From IMG/VR virus record IMGVR_UViG_3300029288_000153, positions 1-64,000 of that record: 64,000 nucleotides of DNA. One strand, written 5' to 3'. Positions 27,753 to 37,622 of the stretch are shown here, one piece after another; position 1 is the stretch's first letter; the number at the start of each line of letters is the position of its first letter. The notes beneath the pieces were generated by a model that saw only the letters and a list, made by a program, of their open reading frames with translations, was not told where the DNA came from and searched no databases. The DNA is from a virus (taxonomy: Duplodnaviria > Caudoviricetes). Both the position numbers and the translations under genes were made by a program.

Positions 27753-28803
27753 AAAACAGTATAGTAGCGAGCATTTTTTGTCGTTTGTGTCAAGTTTAGG
27801 TGGGTTGTTAGATGGAGAGAAAAACACAGAGGAGTTTCAGAAAAAACAAGTAGAAACCTTATTTAAGGCGGAGAGGAGTTTTCGGCGTGCGTTGATTTGT
27901 CATCCTTCGGGCGCCGAGGTGTATCAAGCGTTTATTGATCATATTATGATACGCCAGCGTAATATATTACGAGCCCGGGTGTACTTTCGGGAGCGCGATG
28001 TCCGTTTCAAAAAAGATATTGCCCCTATTTTACGTGCCCGCAAGTTTCGGCGACTATTTCGTTTCGACATTAACTATCAGTTTATTAAGTTTGCTTTGGG
28101 GTGTCGTCAGTGGTCCGAAGATGCTCAGTCCCGGAAGCTTCTAAAGTTAGCCGATAAGGCCATAGCGGCTCGCAATTGTTTGATTCAGAGTAATATCCCG
28201 TTGGCGATCTCCCGGGCTCGGTTGTTTTTTAGTCGATCTCGGGGAGGACATCATACGTTTCTAGATCTACTTCAGACCGCGGTGGGGGGGATGTGTTCGG
28301 GGGTCGACAAATATTGCGGTAGCTACACGCCCGTGTTTCGGGCCGTATTGATCGGTCGCATGCTTGGCGACCTATTAGAAGCCAACAGCGATACTTTGGC
28401 TCATCTGTTCCCGGCCGATAAGCGTCGACTATATCGAGCGAGGAAGATTGCGGCCGGGCTGCGCGAGGGTCTAGACAACGTGGACTGCTTGGAGCTGACC
28501 AAGTTGTTGAATGACGAGGAACTAGCCAAGGGGGAGCCCCCAACCAGCGCAAATGATTTAGTTGCGCTAGTCAACGCGGCCACCGTGATCTTGGCCAGTA
28601 CTCTGCCGTCGGGGGAGGACGATGATGGTCATTCGACGAGTTTCATTGAGGCATATCCAGACAGTTCCGACCCGGCCGACGTTATGTTGGAAAAAGCAGA
28701 ATCTAGACATCGGGTTGCTGAGGCCATAAAAAAGCTGCCGTTGGTGGACCGTAAGTTGTTGCGCTTGAAAGGGATCGATCTGGCGGCTATCGCGTCGTCG
28801 TGA
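27745..28803 (+). CDS. sigma70-family RNA polymerase sigma factor (lacks region 4.2)
   Basis: Region 2: NIPLAISRA...FLDLLQTAVGGMCSGVDKY; ends just after region 4.1-like EAIKKLPLVDRKLLRLKG. Confidence 0.8.
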   Translation: MTKKQYSSEHFLSFVSSLGGLLDGEKNTEEFQKKQVETLFKAERSFRRALICHPSGAEVYQAFIDHIMIRQRNILRARVYFRERDVRFKKDIAPILRARKFRRLFRFDINYQFIKFALGCRQWSEDAQSRKLLKLADKAIAARNCLIQSNIPLAISRARLFFSRSRGGHHTFLDLLQTAVGGMCSGVDKYCGSYTPVFRAVLIGRMLGDLLEANSDTLAHLFPADKRRLYRARKIAAGLREGLDNVDCLELTKLLNDEELAKGEPPTSANDLVALVNAATVILASTLPSGEDDDGHSTSFIEAYPDSSDPADVMLEKAESRHRVAEAIKKLPLVDRKLLRLKGIDLAAIASS

Positions 28804-28849
28804 TATAGTAGTAGTGGGGTGTTGCGGTAATTAAATCATAGAGGATGCC

Positions 28850-29179
28850 ATGGTATTTCGGACAGTCAATAAAGATATAGCATGTAGCCCGTTTCCTACT
28901 CACGCTATTGAACCTGCGATCAGTAAGAGCGGATTCATCACCGCGGCCCCTAGGGCCACAATGTGTGCCTTGACCGTACGAGCCGAGTACATGCCACTGG
29001 ACTTGCAGCGAGGTGATGTTGTTTTTGTCCCCTTGGAGTTCGCGAATTCGGTTTGGGGCAAGAGGCGTATTTCTGTCTTGGGGCTCGACGAGTTCATATT
29101 GGTTCCCGCCGAACAGATCTGTGTGATTCAGAAACACGAACAGGCCCGTCCGCTTCCCACTAGGGAGGCGAGTGAATAG
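28850..29179 (+). CDS. groS: Divergent GroES/Cpn10-like co-chaperonin
   Basis: FRTVNKDIAC ~ IRPLHDRV; KSGFI ~ AGGIV; DLQRGDVVFV ~ DVKVGDIVIF; DEFILVPAEQICVI ~ EEVLIMSESDILAI. Confidence 0.65.
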   Translation: MVFRTVNKDIACSPFPTHAIEPAISKSGFITAAPRATMCALTVRAEYMPLDLQRGDVVFVPLEFANSVWGKRRISVLGLDEFILVPAEQICVIQKHEQARPLPTREASE

Positions 29180-30164
29180 ATATTTGATTGTAGGTGATGT
29201 ACACGCCAAGGTCGACGATCTTGACGATTGTCGACATCTACAGGAGCTGATCCGGACAGTGGAGTCCACGGAAAATCCCGATGCCACTATATTTCTAGGC
29301 GATCAGTTCGACGCCTTCGCCTTAAAAAATGTGATAGTAGAGCGCTGGTGGATGGATATGTTGGAGGATGGTCGTAAGAGGTACCTGTTGATGGGCAACC
29401 ATGATCGCCCCGGCGACTCTGCGGCTGTAGGTAATGCCCTACAGGCTCACCGGGATCGAGCTGTCGTGGTCGATGTTCCGGTCGTGGTCGGAGACGTAGC
29501 TTTGTTGCCTTTTTATTTTTGTGCTGCTGATTTTGTGGCGGCGTGTTGTACGCCTGACGTGTTGCGAGCCAAAACGATATTCGCTCATCAGAGCTTTTTG
29601 GGGGGGCGATTTGAGTCTGGGATTCCCATCGATCAGCGCACTGATCCGTCGGCTGTCGAGCCCGGGGCTGTGCCACAGCAGTGTGTGATTAGTGGGCATA
29701 TTCATGCTCCTCAGAGTGTTGGCAAAGTGTGGTATCCTGGGGCTCCTCGGTGGCGAAATAACGTCTCCGACGCTAATTGTGAGCGCTACATCTACTTGGT
29801 TTCGTTTGATGTGGGGGTGCCTAAGGGGATAAAAAAATTCTCGACCGGTGAGGTGTGTCGGCGGATGTGGCGTGTGGAGGATACTGAGGGCGTATGTGAG
29901 GTGTCGGATCTGCCCGGTCGACCAACTGATCGATTTGTGGTGGATATTACCGGCACGGCAGCGTATATTGAGCGACAAAAGAAAAAATGGTCGTCGCCAG
30001 GGGTCAGAATCAGGGCTTTTCAAACAGATCGACCCGGACCAAAATTGTCTGAGTCTCAAGGTGTAGAGGCGGCGTGGAATAAGTGGATGTCGGAGTACTC
30101 CCCAAAGCACGGATCGTCGCTAGAGGCGCTCCGTCGATTAGCAATAGAAAGGTTGTCGCCGTGA
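29172..30164 (+). CDS. sbcD: SbcD/Mre11/gp47-like nuclease
   Basis: GDVH, GDQFD, GNHD, AHQ, SGHIH, YPGAP. Confidence 0.88.
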   Translation: MNRYLIVGDVHAKVDDLDDCRHLQELIRTVESTENPDATIFLGDQFDAFALKNVIVERWWMDMLEDGRKRYLLMGNHDRPGDSAAVGNALQAHRDRAVVVDVPVVVGDVALLPFYFCAADFVAACCTPDVLRAKTIFAHQSFLGGRFESGIPIDQRTDPSAVEPGAVPQQCVISGHIHAPQSVGKVWYPGAPRWRNNVSDANCERYIYLVSFDVGVPKGIKKFSTGEVCRRMWRVEDTEGVCEVSDLPGRPTDRFVVDITGTAAYIERQKKKWSSPGVRIRAFQTDRPGPKLSESQGVEAAWNKWMSEYSPKHGSSLEALRRLAIERLSP

Positions 30165-30652
30165 ATGATGTACTTGATACCCCCGATGCAAAGGCTCAGT
30201 TGTTGCTGGCAAAGGATTTGACTCGACGGACAGGGATTTTGGTTGAGGCCCAGATAACGCAGCTACGTATTTGGCCTATGGTGTCGTTTGATGATGTTTC
30301 AGATGTAGAGATCAATCCTTTGGATGTGGAAACTAAGACTATCCACTATCTGTGGCGTGTGCGAAAGGTTCCGTCCGGCGCCGATCTGATGCGTCGAGCT
30401 GAGCAGTTAGGGGGGTGGGTACGATCGCTGTTAGGGGATGACTGGAAAATAAATATTAAAATCAAGCAAAAAAAGGGCGGGCCCGGAAGGTTGATATGGA
30501 ACGGGCAGCGGAAGGTGGCTTTGTCGAATGAAGAAGGTGAAGGACGAGTCGAAGGAAAGTATGGGGCGGCGATGGTAGGATATAAGCGATATCGACTGCG
30601 CGAGAAAGACGCCATAGACGCCGTCGAGGAAGATAAGGTAGATTGGCTATGA
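30161..30652 (+). CDS. Hypothetical protein
   Basis: Probable GTG start overlapping SbcD stop. Confidence 0.6.
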   Translation: MNDVLDTPDAKAQLLLAKDLTRRTGILVEAQITQLRIWPMVSFDDVSDVEINPLDVETKTIHYLWRVRKVPSGADLMRRAEQLGGWVRSLLGDDWKINIKIKQKKGGPGRLIWNGQRKVALSNEEGEGRVEGKYGAAMVGYKRYRLREKDAIDAVEEDKVDWL

Positions 30653-30801
30653 CACGATCTGTTATCAGGTGGCTATGTACTATGGTGTTTAGTGTTGGTG
30701 GTTGGTGTGAGCGAGATTCGTGGCTAGGAAGATGGTGCGATAAAACGTGGGTCTCTTTAGCTTCGAGATATTTTCGTAATCTAAATAAATCAAGGAGGTA
30801 G
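30649..30801 (+). CDS. Small Trp-rich hypothetical protein (50 aa)
   Basis: Hand-found; ATGA overlap with upstream stop; MTRSVIRWLC...RNLNKSRR. Confidence 0.4.
   Translation: MTRSVIRWLCTMVFSVGGWCERDSWLGRWCDKTWVSLASRYFRNLNKSRR
30777..30783 (+). promoter_or_regulatory. Candidate late promoter TAATCTA
   Basis: Recurs upstream of structural genes. Confidence 0.55.
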
Positions 30802-30804
30802 TAT

Positions 30805-31080
30805 ATGGAATACGTCGATCAATCGAACGTATCGGAGTATTGTAAGTGTATAAGGAGTACTGGAATAGATAGGCGGATTCAGCGTGTAGATCTCCGCGAT
30901 TCCGATGAGGGGGCGTGGGCGTTTTTTTTGCCGACCTTATATGTCATCAAGAGGAATACGTGGGAGTGTTTCCGGTATCGGTTGGTTTTGTGTGTAGGAT
31001 TCTGGGAGATTCGCGTCGGGGTCGGTCGAATCGACCACGACGCCCCCGGTGACTCGTCAGAAGCCGACGAAAGATGGTAA
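30805..31080 (+). CDS. Hypothetical protein
   Basis: Strong RBS AAGGAGG. Confidence 0.65.
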   Translation: MEYVDQSNVSEYCKCIRSTGIDRRIQRVDLRDSDEGAWAFFLPTLYVIKRNTWECFRYRLVLCVGFWEIRVGVGRIDHDAPGDSSEADERW

Positions 31081-31715
31081 AAGAGGTGTCGATGCGTAAC
31101 GACTTGCCCACGGTCCAGTCGACTGAGACGGCGGTTGGTAGGATAGGTAGGGCGCTAGATCGTCTCAGTGTAGATGAGCGGTCGATTTACGATCGATTTG
31201 TTCATATTGGTGGTCGAGAGCTATCTGCTGACGCTGCGGCTAGGCTATATGGGCTGTATTTGCAGGGGGTGTCGTGTGAGGATATCAGCAGATTGAATCC
31301 GGCTGTCGATTTGGCCACCGTGTTGGCCGCGAGAGTGCGATACAACTGGGACGAACGTAAGGATGTATATGTCGGCGATTTGATGGCTTACACGGGCGAC
31401 GCAGTGCGTCAGACCGCTGCCGAGACCGTGCAATTGTTGGGGCTGATGGTCGCGGCAGCCAGCAAAAAACACGGGGACGCGCTGAAACGTTATCTGGCTA
31501 CCGGCGATGAGTCAGTATTGGGGGAGTTTGATATTAAGACCATCAGGCAATTTCGAGATGTAGTCGAGATGATGGTGCGGATCACGGGGGGGGACAGCAA
31601 GAGGCAAGTGGTTATTGCTAGATCGATCCAGCCCGAGGCTCCTGTGTTGTCTGTGCAAGGTCGCCGGCTAAGTCCAGGGGAGGCTGACTCAATTCGAAGC
31701 GCCAATATGAAGTAG
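31074..31715 (+). CDS. Terminase small subunit (by position and HTH)
   Basis: LYGLYLQGVSCEDIS HTH; RARYNW; immediately upstream of TerL. Confidence 0.6.
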   Translation: MVKEVSMRNDLPTVQSTETAVGRIGRALDRLSVDERSIYDRFVHIGGRELSADAAARLYGLYLQGVSCEDISRLNPAVDLATVLAARVRYNWDERKDVYVGDLMAYTGDAVRQTAAETVQLLGLMVAAASKKHGDALKRYLATGDESVLGEFDIKTIRQFRDVVEMMVRITGGDSKRQVVIARSIQPEAPVLSVQGRRLSPGEADSIRSANMK

Positions 31716-31717
31716 TC

Positions 31718-33631
31718 ATGTTAGATCCCCAAATCCAGCTAGAGCGCCGTCTCTTATTGACCCCGTGCGCCTCCAAGGAGGGGCTACGGAATTGGCTTAT
31801 TACCTATTTGGATATTGATCTGCCTGATCAAATTGTAGATCCTGACAGTAACTCCACCCCCTTGGGGGCGCTGTGGCAGATGTATAGCGCCATGCTGCGT
31901 CGCGATACGGGGTTCTATCGTCGAGTGTTGATGTACGCAGCCCGAACGGCCTGGAAGACGGTGCTGTTGTCGTTACTAGAGCTTCTGGGTCTACTACATC
32001 TAGATAGATCGAGTTGTCATCTAGCGGCTCAAGAGGACCAGGCACAGAAGGCACAGAGATACTTGCGGGCGTATTTGAGTCGGCCTGGGCTCGATGAGCT
32101 AAATGCCGGGAACAATAAAAGGACCCTGGCGGTGGCATTCGCAGAGCATAAGGAAACTGGCGATATCCTGACCCAGCAAGAATATAAGGACCTAGAGCGA
32201 GCGGAACGCAAAAAATACTGGCACTACGCCAGGTATGTTAAGGTGCTAGTCGCGACAATGAGCGGTACCAACAGTGAGCATCAGTCGCTGCTGCTCATCG
32301 ACGAAGCTGAGTTGATAGCCAACCCCCACGCCTACGATGAAGCTAAGATGATCCCCGAGGATCAGCGGTCGGTGAAGGGCGAGCTACAGCCGCCTCTGAC
32401 TGTTATTACTTCGTCCCGTAAATTTTCTCAAGGGATTGTGCAGCGAGAAATCGACGAATCAGAAAAGACCGGTACCGCCATTTGGCATTGGGGGATCTTG
32501 GACGTGACCCAGCGCTGTCCCGATCGGATGTGCCGACCGGATTTAGATACAGCTAAAATATGGGTCAATGACGAAGAGTTGGTGGCTGTTACTGCTGAAG
32601 GTTACGAAAAGCTAACAGAGATGGACCCCAAAAAGGCTGGCGAATACGCGCAAGTGGAGGTGTCGGGTGGGTGCGTGGGGTGTTTTATCGCGCCGGCCTG
32701 TAAGGGGCGCTTGGTTCGGGTGACCGATCGCGCCAGGCTATTGAAGCGTATTGATGACACGATCGGGAAGTTTCGTGATACCTCGGTCGAGCTAGCTCAG
32801 TGTCAGTTGTTATCCCGCAAGCCAGGTAACTTCGGCGGTATTTATCGATTCTTTTCTCGGTCAAAACACATGCTGTCTGTCTCGGAGATGTGGGAGACGA
32901 TCACTGGCGATGTGATGCCATCGAGCTTGCCGCGCACCAAGGAATCGATCATTCAGCTGCTGATTAGTAGGGGGTGCCGTTGGGTTGCGGGGATGGATTT
33001 TGGATTCTCACACTTATTTGCGGTGTGTTTGTTTGCTGTGGACGGTCGCCGAGCATTTCTGATCGACGCCTTTGAGGTAGGTGGTTTGGAGCTATTGCAA
33101 AAAATTGCCCTTTGTGATCGTCGAATCAAGCGGTATAACCCAATCTGTTGGCCCGATGTCGCTTACCCATCAGATATCGCTAGTTTTCGTCGATGCGGTT
33201 ATCGTATGATGCCCACCAAGAAAGATGTACTGCCCGGAATCGATGCCGTGCGCGCTAAGTTGAGCCCGGCCGGAGGTGCTGATCCGGAGATGTTTATGCT
33301 GCGGGGCGATGTGGCCGGAGACCTGCTGGCGCGGCGGATCGAAGGATATAAATGGAAGCTGAACGGAGCCGGGGATGCCACCGACATCCCCGACGAAACC
33401 GACGATGATCTCGATGACGCGGTGAGGTACGCTATTTACAATACATTTCGACCTGCGGGGAAGGTGGTGGTGTCTCGGGATGCGCCAGAGATAGCCGTGC
33501 CTCGTCCTGGTGCGGTCCCTAGGACGTGGATGACAGAGGAAATTCAAGCGCGTATCGGCGGTGGCTCGACGGTGGATGAAGGGGTCCCCGCGAAAATACG
33601 TAAAGGTGGCTTTTTCTTTGATGCCACGTGA
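31718..33631 (+). CDS. terL: Terminase large subunit
   Basis: AARTAWKT (Walker A), LLIDEAE (Walker B), GMDFG, DDLDDAVRY nuclease. Confidence 0.9.
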   Translation: MLDPQIQLERRLLLTPCASKEGLRNWLITYLDIDLPDQIVDPDSNSTPLGALWQMYSAMLRRDTGFYRRVLMYAARTAWKTVLLSLLELLGLLHLDRSSCHLAAQEDQAQKAQRYLRAYLSRPGLDELNAGNNKRTLAVAFAEHKETGDILTQQEYKDLERAERKKYWHYARYVKVLVATMSGTNSEHQSLLLIDEAELIANPHAYDEAKMIPEDQRSVKGELQPPLTVITSSRKFSQGIVQREIDESEKTGTAIWHWGILDVTQRCPDRMCRPDLDTAKIWVNDEELVAVTAEGYEKLTEMDPKKAGEYAQVEVSGGCVGCFIAPACKGRLVRVTDRARLLKRIDDTIGKFRDTSVELAQCQLLSRKPGNFGGIYRFFSRSKHMLSVSEMWETITGDVMPSSLPRTKESIIQLLISRGCRWVAGMDFGFSHLFAVCLFAVDGRRAFLIDAFEVGGLELLQKIALCDRRIKRYNPICWPDVAYPSDIASFRRCGYRMMPTKKDVLPGIDAVRAKLSPAGGADPEMFMLRGDVAGDLLARRIEGYKWKLNGAGDATDIPDETDDDLDDAVRYAIYNTFRPAGKVVVSRDAPEIAVPRPGAVPRTWMTEEIQARIGGGSTVDEGVPAKIRKGGFFFDAT

Positions 33632-33674
33632 TCTAGTTGAGAGAGACCGGTCCGGTTGAATGAGGTGTTGGCCG

Positions 33675-33681
33675 TAATCTA
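33675..33681 (+). promoter_or_regulatory. Candidate late promoter TAATCTA
   Basis: Intergenic, upstream of ORF starting 33736. Confidence 0.55.
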
Positions 33682-33735
33682 TTGCCTATACTGATTGGCC
33701 CGCGACAGGTCAGTAAGAGAAAGAACGAAGAGATT

Positions 33736-34704
33736 ATGCTCCTAGCTAACGTAGTAGAAAAAGTTTTGTTTTATGAGGATGTCGAAAACTCCACCAATCC
33801 GCAACGTAAGGTTGTGGACTGGTCACGTAGTGCCACAGGGCTACCTTTCGAGGAGGTTCGATCAGAACGGTTTTTGTTACAAGTGGGAGGTACCAAGACT
33901 TTAGAGCCGGACGTAGGGGTCGTTGATTTGTCGGCCACTCCGGTGGATATTGCGCCAGCGCCAGGTAAGCAGACATGGGTTCAGATCAGAGGGGCGTTCG
34001 CAACAAATCCCTGGGCGAGTGCTTTGGCGGTTGCTGGTCAGCTATTGACCGCCACTCTACAGCCTGATGGTTCCTTGTTGTTGACGGGGGCGGGGTTGGG
34101 TGCGTTGACCTCTGTCAGGCCCGGCGATCGACTGTATCTATCTGGCGCCGACTATGGAGATGCCGGTGCGTTTTCGACGGCCAACCAGGGGATCTGGGGG
34201 GTGGTGTCGATCGGTGTCGGGGTAACCTTGCGACGGGTCTATGCTGAGGATGTGACAGGTGTTACGGAGACCGTCACGACCGTTGGTACAGGAGACATCC
34301 AACACCTGCCCGAGTCTCTGCGGCCTCAATGGGCTTTTATTCGCGGCCTATATGGGTATGCTGGCGTGAAGCTGATTACGGCGGCTGTATCTGGTTGGGT
34401 GGCTATTGCCGACGAAGCGCAGTTTGCTGATGCGGTTGGGGTGACGTTGGATTGTTTAGTGGTGGTACCTAGGTATATAGCGTATGTGCGAGTGGAAACC
34501 GATAAGCCGGTTACTGTAGTGGTTGGTGACGTCGGGGTATCTGCTAATGAGATCAGCTTGCTGCCGGTGTCGTCTGGGGCACCTGGATGGTATGAGGGGT
34601 TTGCGTTTGGGACTAGCCTGGCGATCACCAATGCGGGCGGATACGATAGTGCTACAATTAATTGTATCTATGCTTTTTCTAGTAGCGGCTTGTCCACGGT
34701 CTAG
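33736..34704 (+). CDS. Putative virion protein, beta-rich
   Basis: Probable start MLLANV; between TerL and portal. Confidence 0.65.
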   Translation: MLLANVVEKVLFYEDVENSTNPQRKVVDWSRSATGLPFEEVRSERFLLQVGGTKTLEPDVGVVDLSATPVDIAPAPGKQTWVQIRGAFATNPWASALAVAGQLLTATLQPDGSLLLTGAGLGALTSVRPGDRLYLSGADYGDAGAFSTANQGIWGVVSIGVGVTLRRVYAEDVTGVTETVTTVGTGDIQHLPESLRPQWAFIRGLYGYAGVKLITAAVSGWVAIADEAQFADAVGVTLDCLVVVPRYIAYVRVETDKPVTVVVGDVGVSANEISLLPVSSGAPGWYEGFAFGTSLAITNAGGYDSATINCIYAFSSSGLSTV

Positions 34705-34718
34705 CGGAGTAGCGAACT

Positions 34719-36764
34719 ATGAGCAAACGATCTGTGGTGTCGGAAATACTATCAGCTATGCCGACTGGCATACGCCCCCCCGATAAGCGCACCCCTTTGG
34801 ATATCAATAGTCGCTCGGGGTTGCGTAATGTGTTGGATCAGAGATATTTGGCTAAGGGGGAGATGCCCGACAGTTCCCTGAATAAGACTATGGTGGTACC
34901 TAGGGACTCAAACACATTAGAGAAGTCGTTCAGAAAATTTTTGGACGGCCCCGAGGATTCGATCGAGCGGCTGGCCTTCGAGAGAGATCCACAGCGTATC
35001 TCAGAGTTTGCTGGCCTCTATCGACCTAAAATAGCGCTTATACCCGACACGCTACTCAAGCGAGCTGCTATCCAGGATGATCTGGTAGCGGCAATTGTCC
35101 ACACTCGCTGTAATCATTTATCTCAGCTGGGCAGGAAGCAACCGAATCGACACTCCAAAGGGTTCGTGATGGAGATCGATACGGATATTGACGCGTCATT
35201 GGACGACGCGCAGAAAAGGAAGCTGCAGGATCGGATTAACAGAGCCGAGAGATTATTGCTGACTTGTGGACACACTAAAGGGTGGGGGAAGCAAGATAGG
35301 TGTTCGTTTGCGGAATATCTCTACTTATCTACTCGCAATGCGGTGGTGGTGGGGCGTACCGCTACCGAGGTGATCAGTGTCCCGGATAAAAACGATCCCA
35401 CCAAACGTGTATTTCACTCTTTTCGACCTACTGATGCGGGGACTATCTACTATGCGGCGCCGTATCGGGACGCCCAGGAGGCGGTCAGGCAGCAGGCCAG
35501 GATACTACTAGCACAACTAAAAAACGAGAAGTTGGTAGAGGATAAATTCATCAACGACGAGTATGCGTGGGTGCAGGTGATTGAGGGTCGCCCCACGCAG
35601 GCGTTTTCGTCGGATGAGATGTTGGTACAGAATTTTTACCCTGTGACTGACCTCGAACTACAGGGTTATCCCCTTACGCCGCTGGACACGGCGTTGACCG
35701 CTGTTACTACACACCTGAATATTTCGTCGCATAATAAGCTGTACTTTCAGTACGGCCGGGCTGCGAGGGGGATGTTGGTTATTAAGAGTCAAGACGTTGA
35801 CGCCGAAGTGGTCCAGGCAGTTAAACAGCAATTCAACGCCTCGATTAATTCGGTCTCAAATAGTTTTCGTATGCCATGTTTTGGGATCTCGCCTGACGAT
35901 GAAATCACCTGGCAGCCAATCGATCAGGGATCGAGAGATGCAGAGTTTCAGTTTTTATCTGACTCAAACGCCCGTACTATTCTAGCCGCGTTTCAAATGA
36001 GTCCTGAGGAGTTGCCTGGGTACCAGCATCTTTCACGGGGCACCAGCAACCAGGCGCTGTCTGAGTCAAATAACGAGTATAAATTGACAGCTGCTCGTGA
36101 CGTTGGGATTCGTCCCCTGGTGGCCAAGATCGAAGACCACCTTAATGACTCGTTATTGCCTCTGATCGATCCGGAATTGGCCAAGATTGTTAAGATTCGT
36201 CTAGTAGGTTTGGACGTAGACGACCAAGAAAAAGAGAGTGTGCGCCTCCAGCAGGATATGGGCGTGCACATGACCTACGACGAGGTACTAGGAAAGGTCG
36301 AAAAAGACCCGTTGGGGAAGGATCTATGCGGCGGATTCCCTTTGAATCAGCAGGTGATGGCGTATGTCGAGAAGTATATGACATTCGGCGAGATCTTAGC
36401 AAAGCTTCGAGGGGTCAAGGGAGCTGATAAGGATCCGTCGTTGCAATTTTATCAAAATCCCGCTTGGTTGCAGTTTTATGGGTTACAAGCGCAACAGCAA
36501 GCGCAACAGGCGCCCCCCGGACAGCCCGGACAAAACAAGCAGTCGTCTGACGGGCAGGGCGGTGGAGAGTTGGGGAGCGCGGTAGATCAGTTGGGGGCGA
36601 TGCTGGGGAAATCCGAAGGGTTCCGAGGTACACTCAAGGCCCATCAGGCTAAGCTCAATCGATACATCATGGACACTTTTCAGGCCGAGACGGTTAAGCT
36701 TGTAAGTGAAATTGCGGACATCGCCGATATTCATAAGCCGCAGCCGCCTGTTGAGAAGAAATAA
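34719..36764 (+). CDS. Portal protein
   Basis: GYPLTPLD, QFNASINS...RMP, DAEFQFL, ILAAFQMSPEELP, RDVGIRPL. Confidence 0.88.
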   Translation: MSKRSVVSEILSAMPTGIRPPDKRTPLDINSRSGLRNVLDQRYLAKGEMPDSSLNKTMVVPRDSNTLEKSFRKFLDGPEDSIERLAFERDPQRISEFAGLYRPKIALIPDTLLKRAAIQDDLVAAIVHTRCNHLSQLGRKQPNRHSKGFVMEIDTDIDASLDDAQKRKLQDRINRAERLLLTCGHTKGWGKQDRCSFAEYLYLSTRNAVVVGRTATEVISVPDKNDPTKRVFHSFRPTDAGTIYYAAPYRDAQEAVRQQARILLAQLKNEKLVEDKFINDEYAWVQVIEGRPTQAFSSDEMLVQNFYPVTDLELQGYPLTPLDTALTAVTTHLNISSHNKLYFQYGRAARGMLVIKSQDVDAEVVQAVKQQFNASINSVSNSFRMPCFGISPDDEITWQPIDQGSRDAEFQFLSDSNARTILAAFQMSPEELPGYQHLSRGTSNQALSESNNEYKLTAARDVGIRPLVAKIEDHLNDSLLPLIDPELAKIVKIRLVGLDVDDQEKESVRLQQDMGVHMTYDEVLGKVEKDPLGKDLCGGFPLNQQVMAYVEKYMTFGEILAKLRGVKGADKDPSLQFYQNPAWLQFYGLQAQQQAQQAPPGQPGQNKQSSDGQGGGELGSAVDQLGAMLGKSEGFRGTLKAHQAKLNRYIMDTFQAETVKLVSEIADIADIHKPQPPVEKK

Positions 36765-37570
36765 TGACCCCTCGGCTTAGTCGTGGAGCTATCAAGGTTA
36801 TTGAAGCTAAGATCGACGGAATGTATGATCGGCTACTCAATAGGCTACTAGGTACCTGTTCTCCGCATAAATCTCTGTTTATGTCGGTGGATCCATTCTT
36901 TTCTGTGCCAGGTCTCTATGCTCAGGCGGTGTCGGAGGAGGGTGGTGCGGTGGATCGTGATTTGGTGCAGGGGCTATCGGATGTGGTGTCTCATATTACC
37001 GACAAGCAGCGCTCCGAAAGTAAGGCGATCACTATTCGTAAGATCCAAGCCATCTTGGAGGATGTTAAGGCCGGTAGGATAGAGCCCCAAAACTTCAAGA
37101 ATCATTTAGAAAGTGAGCTGATCGATACTTGGGGGAGAGTGTCGAGCAACGTCGAGCGCATTGTGGATACTGAAACCCAGCACGCCATGACCATTGGGCT
37201 ACGTGAAGGGATAAGTCAAATAAATGCCGTACGGGGCATCGTTGATCCAGTATTGGTTTTCGTGGTAAAGAACGATCAGGCTTTGTGTGATGAATGCCGG
37301 CGTGTCCATTTATTGGACGACGGACATACGCCTAGGGCGTGGTACCAATCTGAGGTGTCGGCGGATTATCATCATCGAGGTGACAACGTTCCGTCGTTCC
37401 ATCTCATGCACCCACATTGTCGATGTGTTATGGGTACTATTTTACCAGGATTTGGTCTAGATGGTAATGGCCGCATCACCTTTATTGCAGATGGATTCTC
37501 GGAGCTAGATTTCCAGCGCACAACGGGCGGTGGTGGCGGGGTGGAGGCGCGTCGCCGGTGGAGGGGGTAA
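36764..37570 (+). CDS. Head morphogenesis protein (MuF/SPP1 gp7-like)
   Basis: ERIVDTE...D..LCDECRR...HPHCRC after portal. Confidence 0.8.
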   Translation: MTPRLSRGAIKVIEAKIDGMYDRLLNRLLGTCSPHKSLFMSVDPFFSVPGLYAQAVSEEGGAVDRDLVQGLSDVVSHITDKQRSESKAITIRKIQAILEDVKAGRIEPQNFKNHLESELIDTWGRVSSNVERIVDTETQHAMTIGLREGISQINAVRGIVDPVLVFVVKNDQALCDECRRVHLLDDGHTPRAWYQSEVSADYHHRGDNVPSFHLMHPHCRCVMGTILPGFGLDGNGRITFIADGFSELDFQRTTGGGGGVEARRRWRG

Positions 37571-37574
37571 TCTA
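37568..37574 (+). promoter_or_regulatory. Candidate late promoter TAATCTA (second TAATCT at 37595-37600)
   Basis: Upstream of ORF 37623. Confidence 0.55.
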
Positions 37575-37622
37575 AGTAGAGTGGTTGTGGCGTCTAATCT
37601 GTAAGCCAGCGGAGAAAACTAT

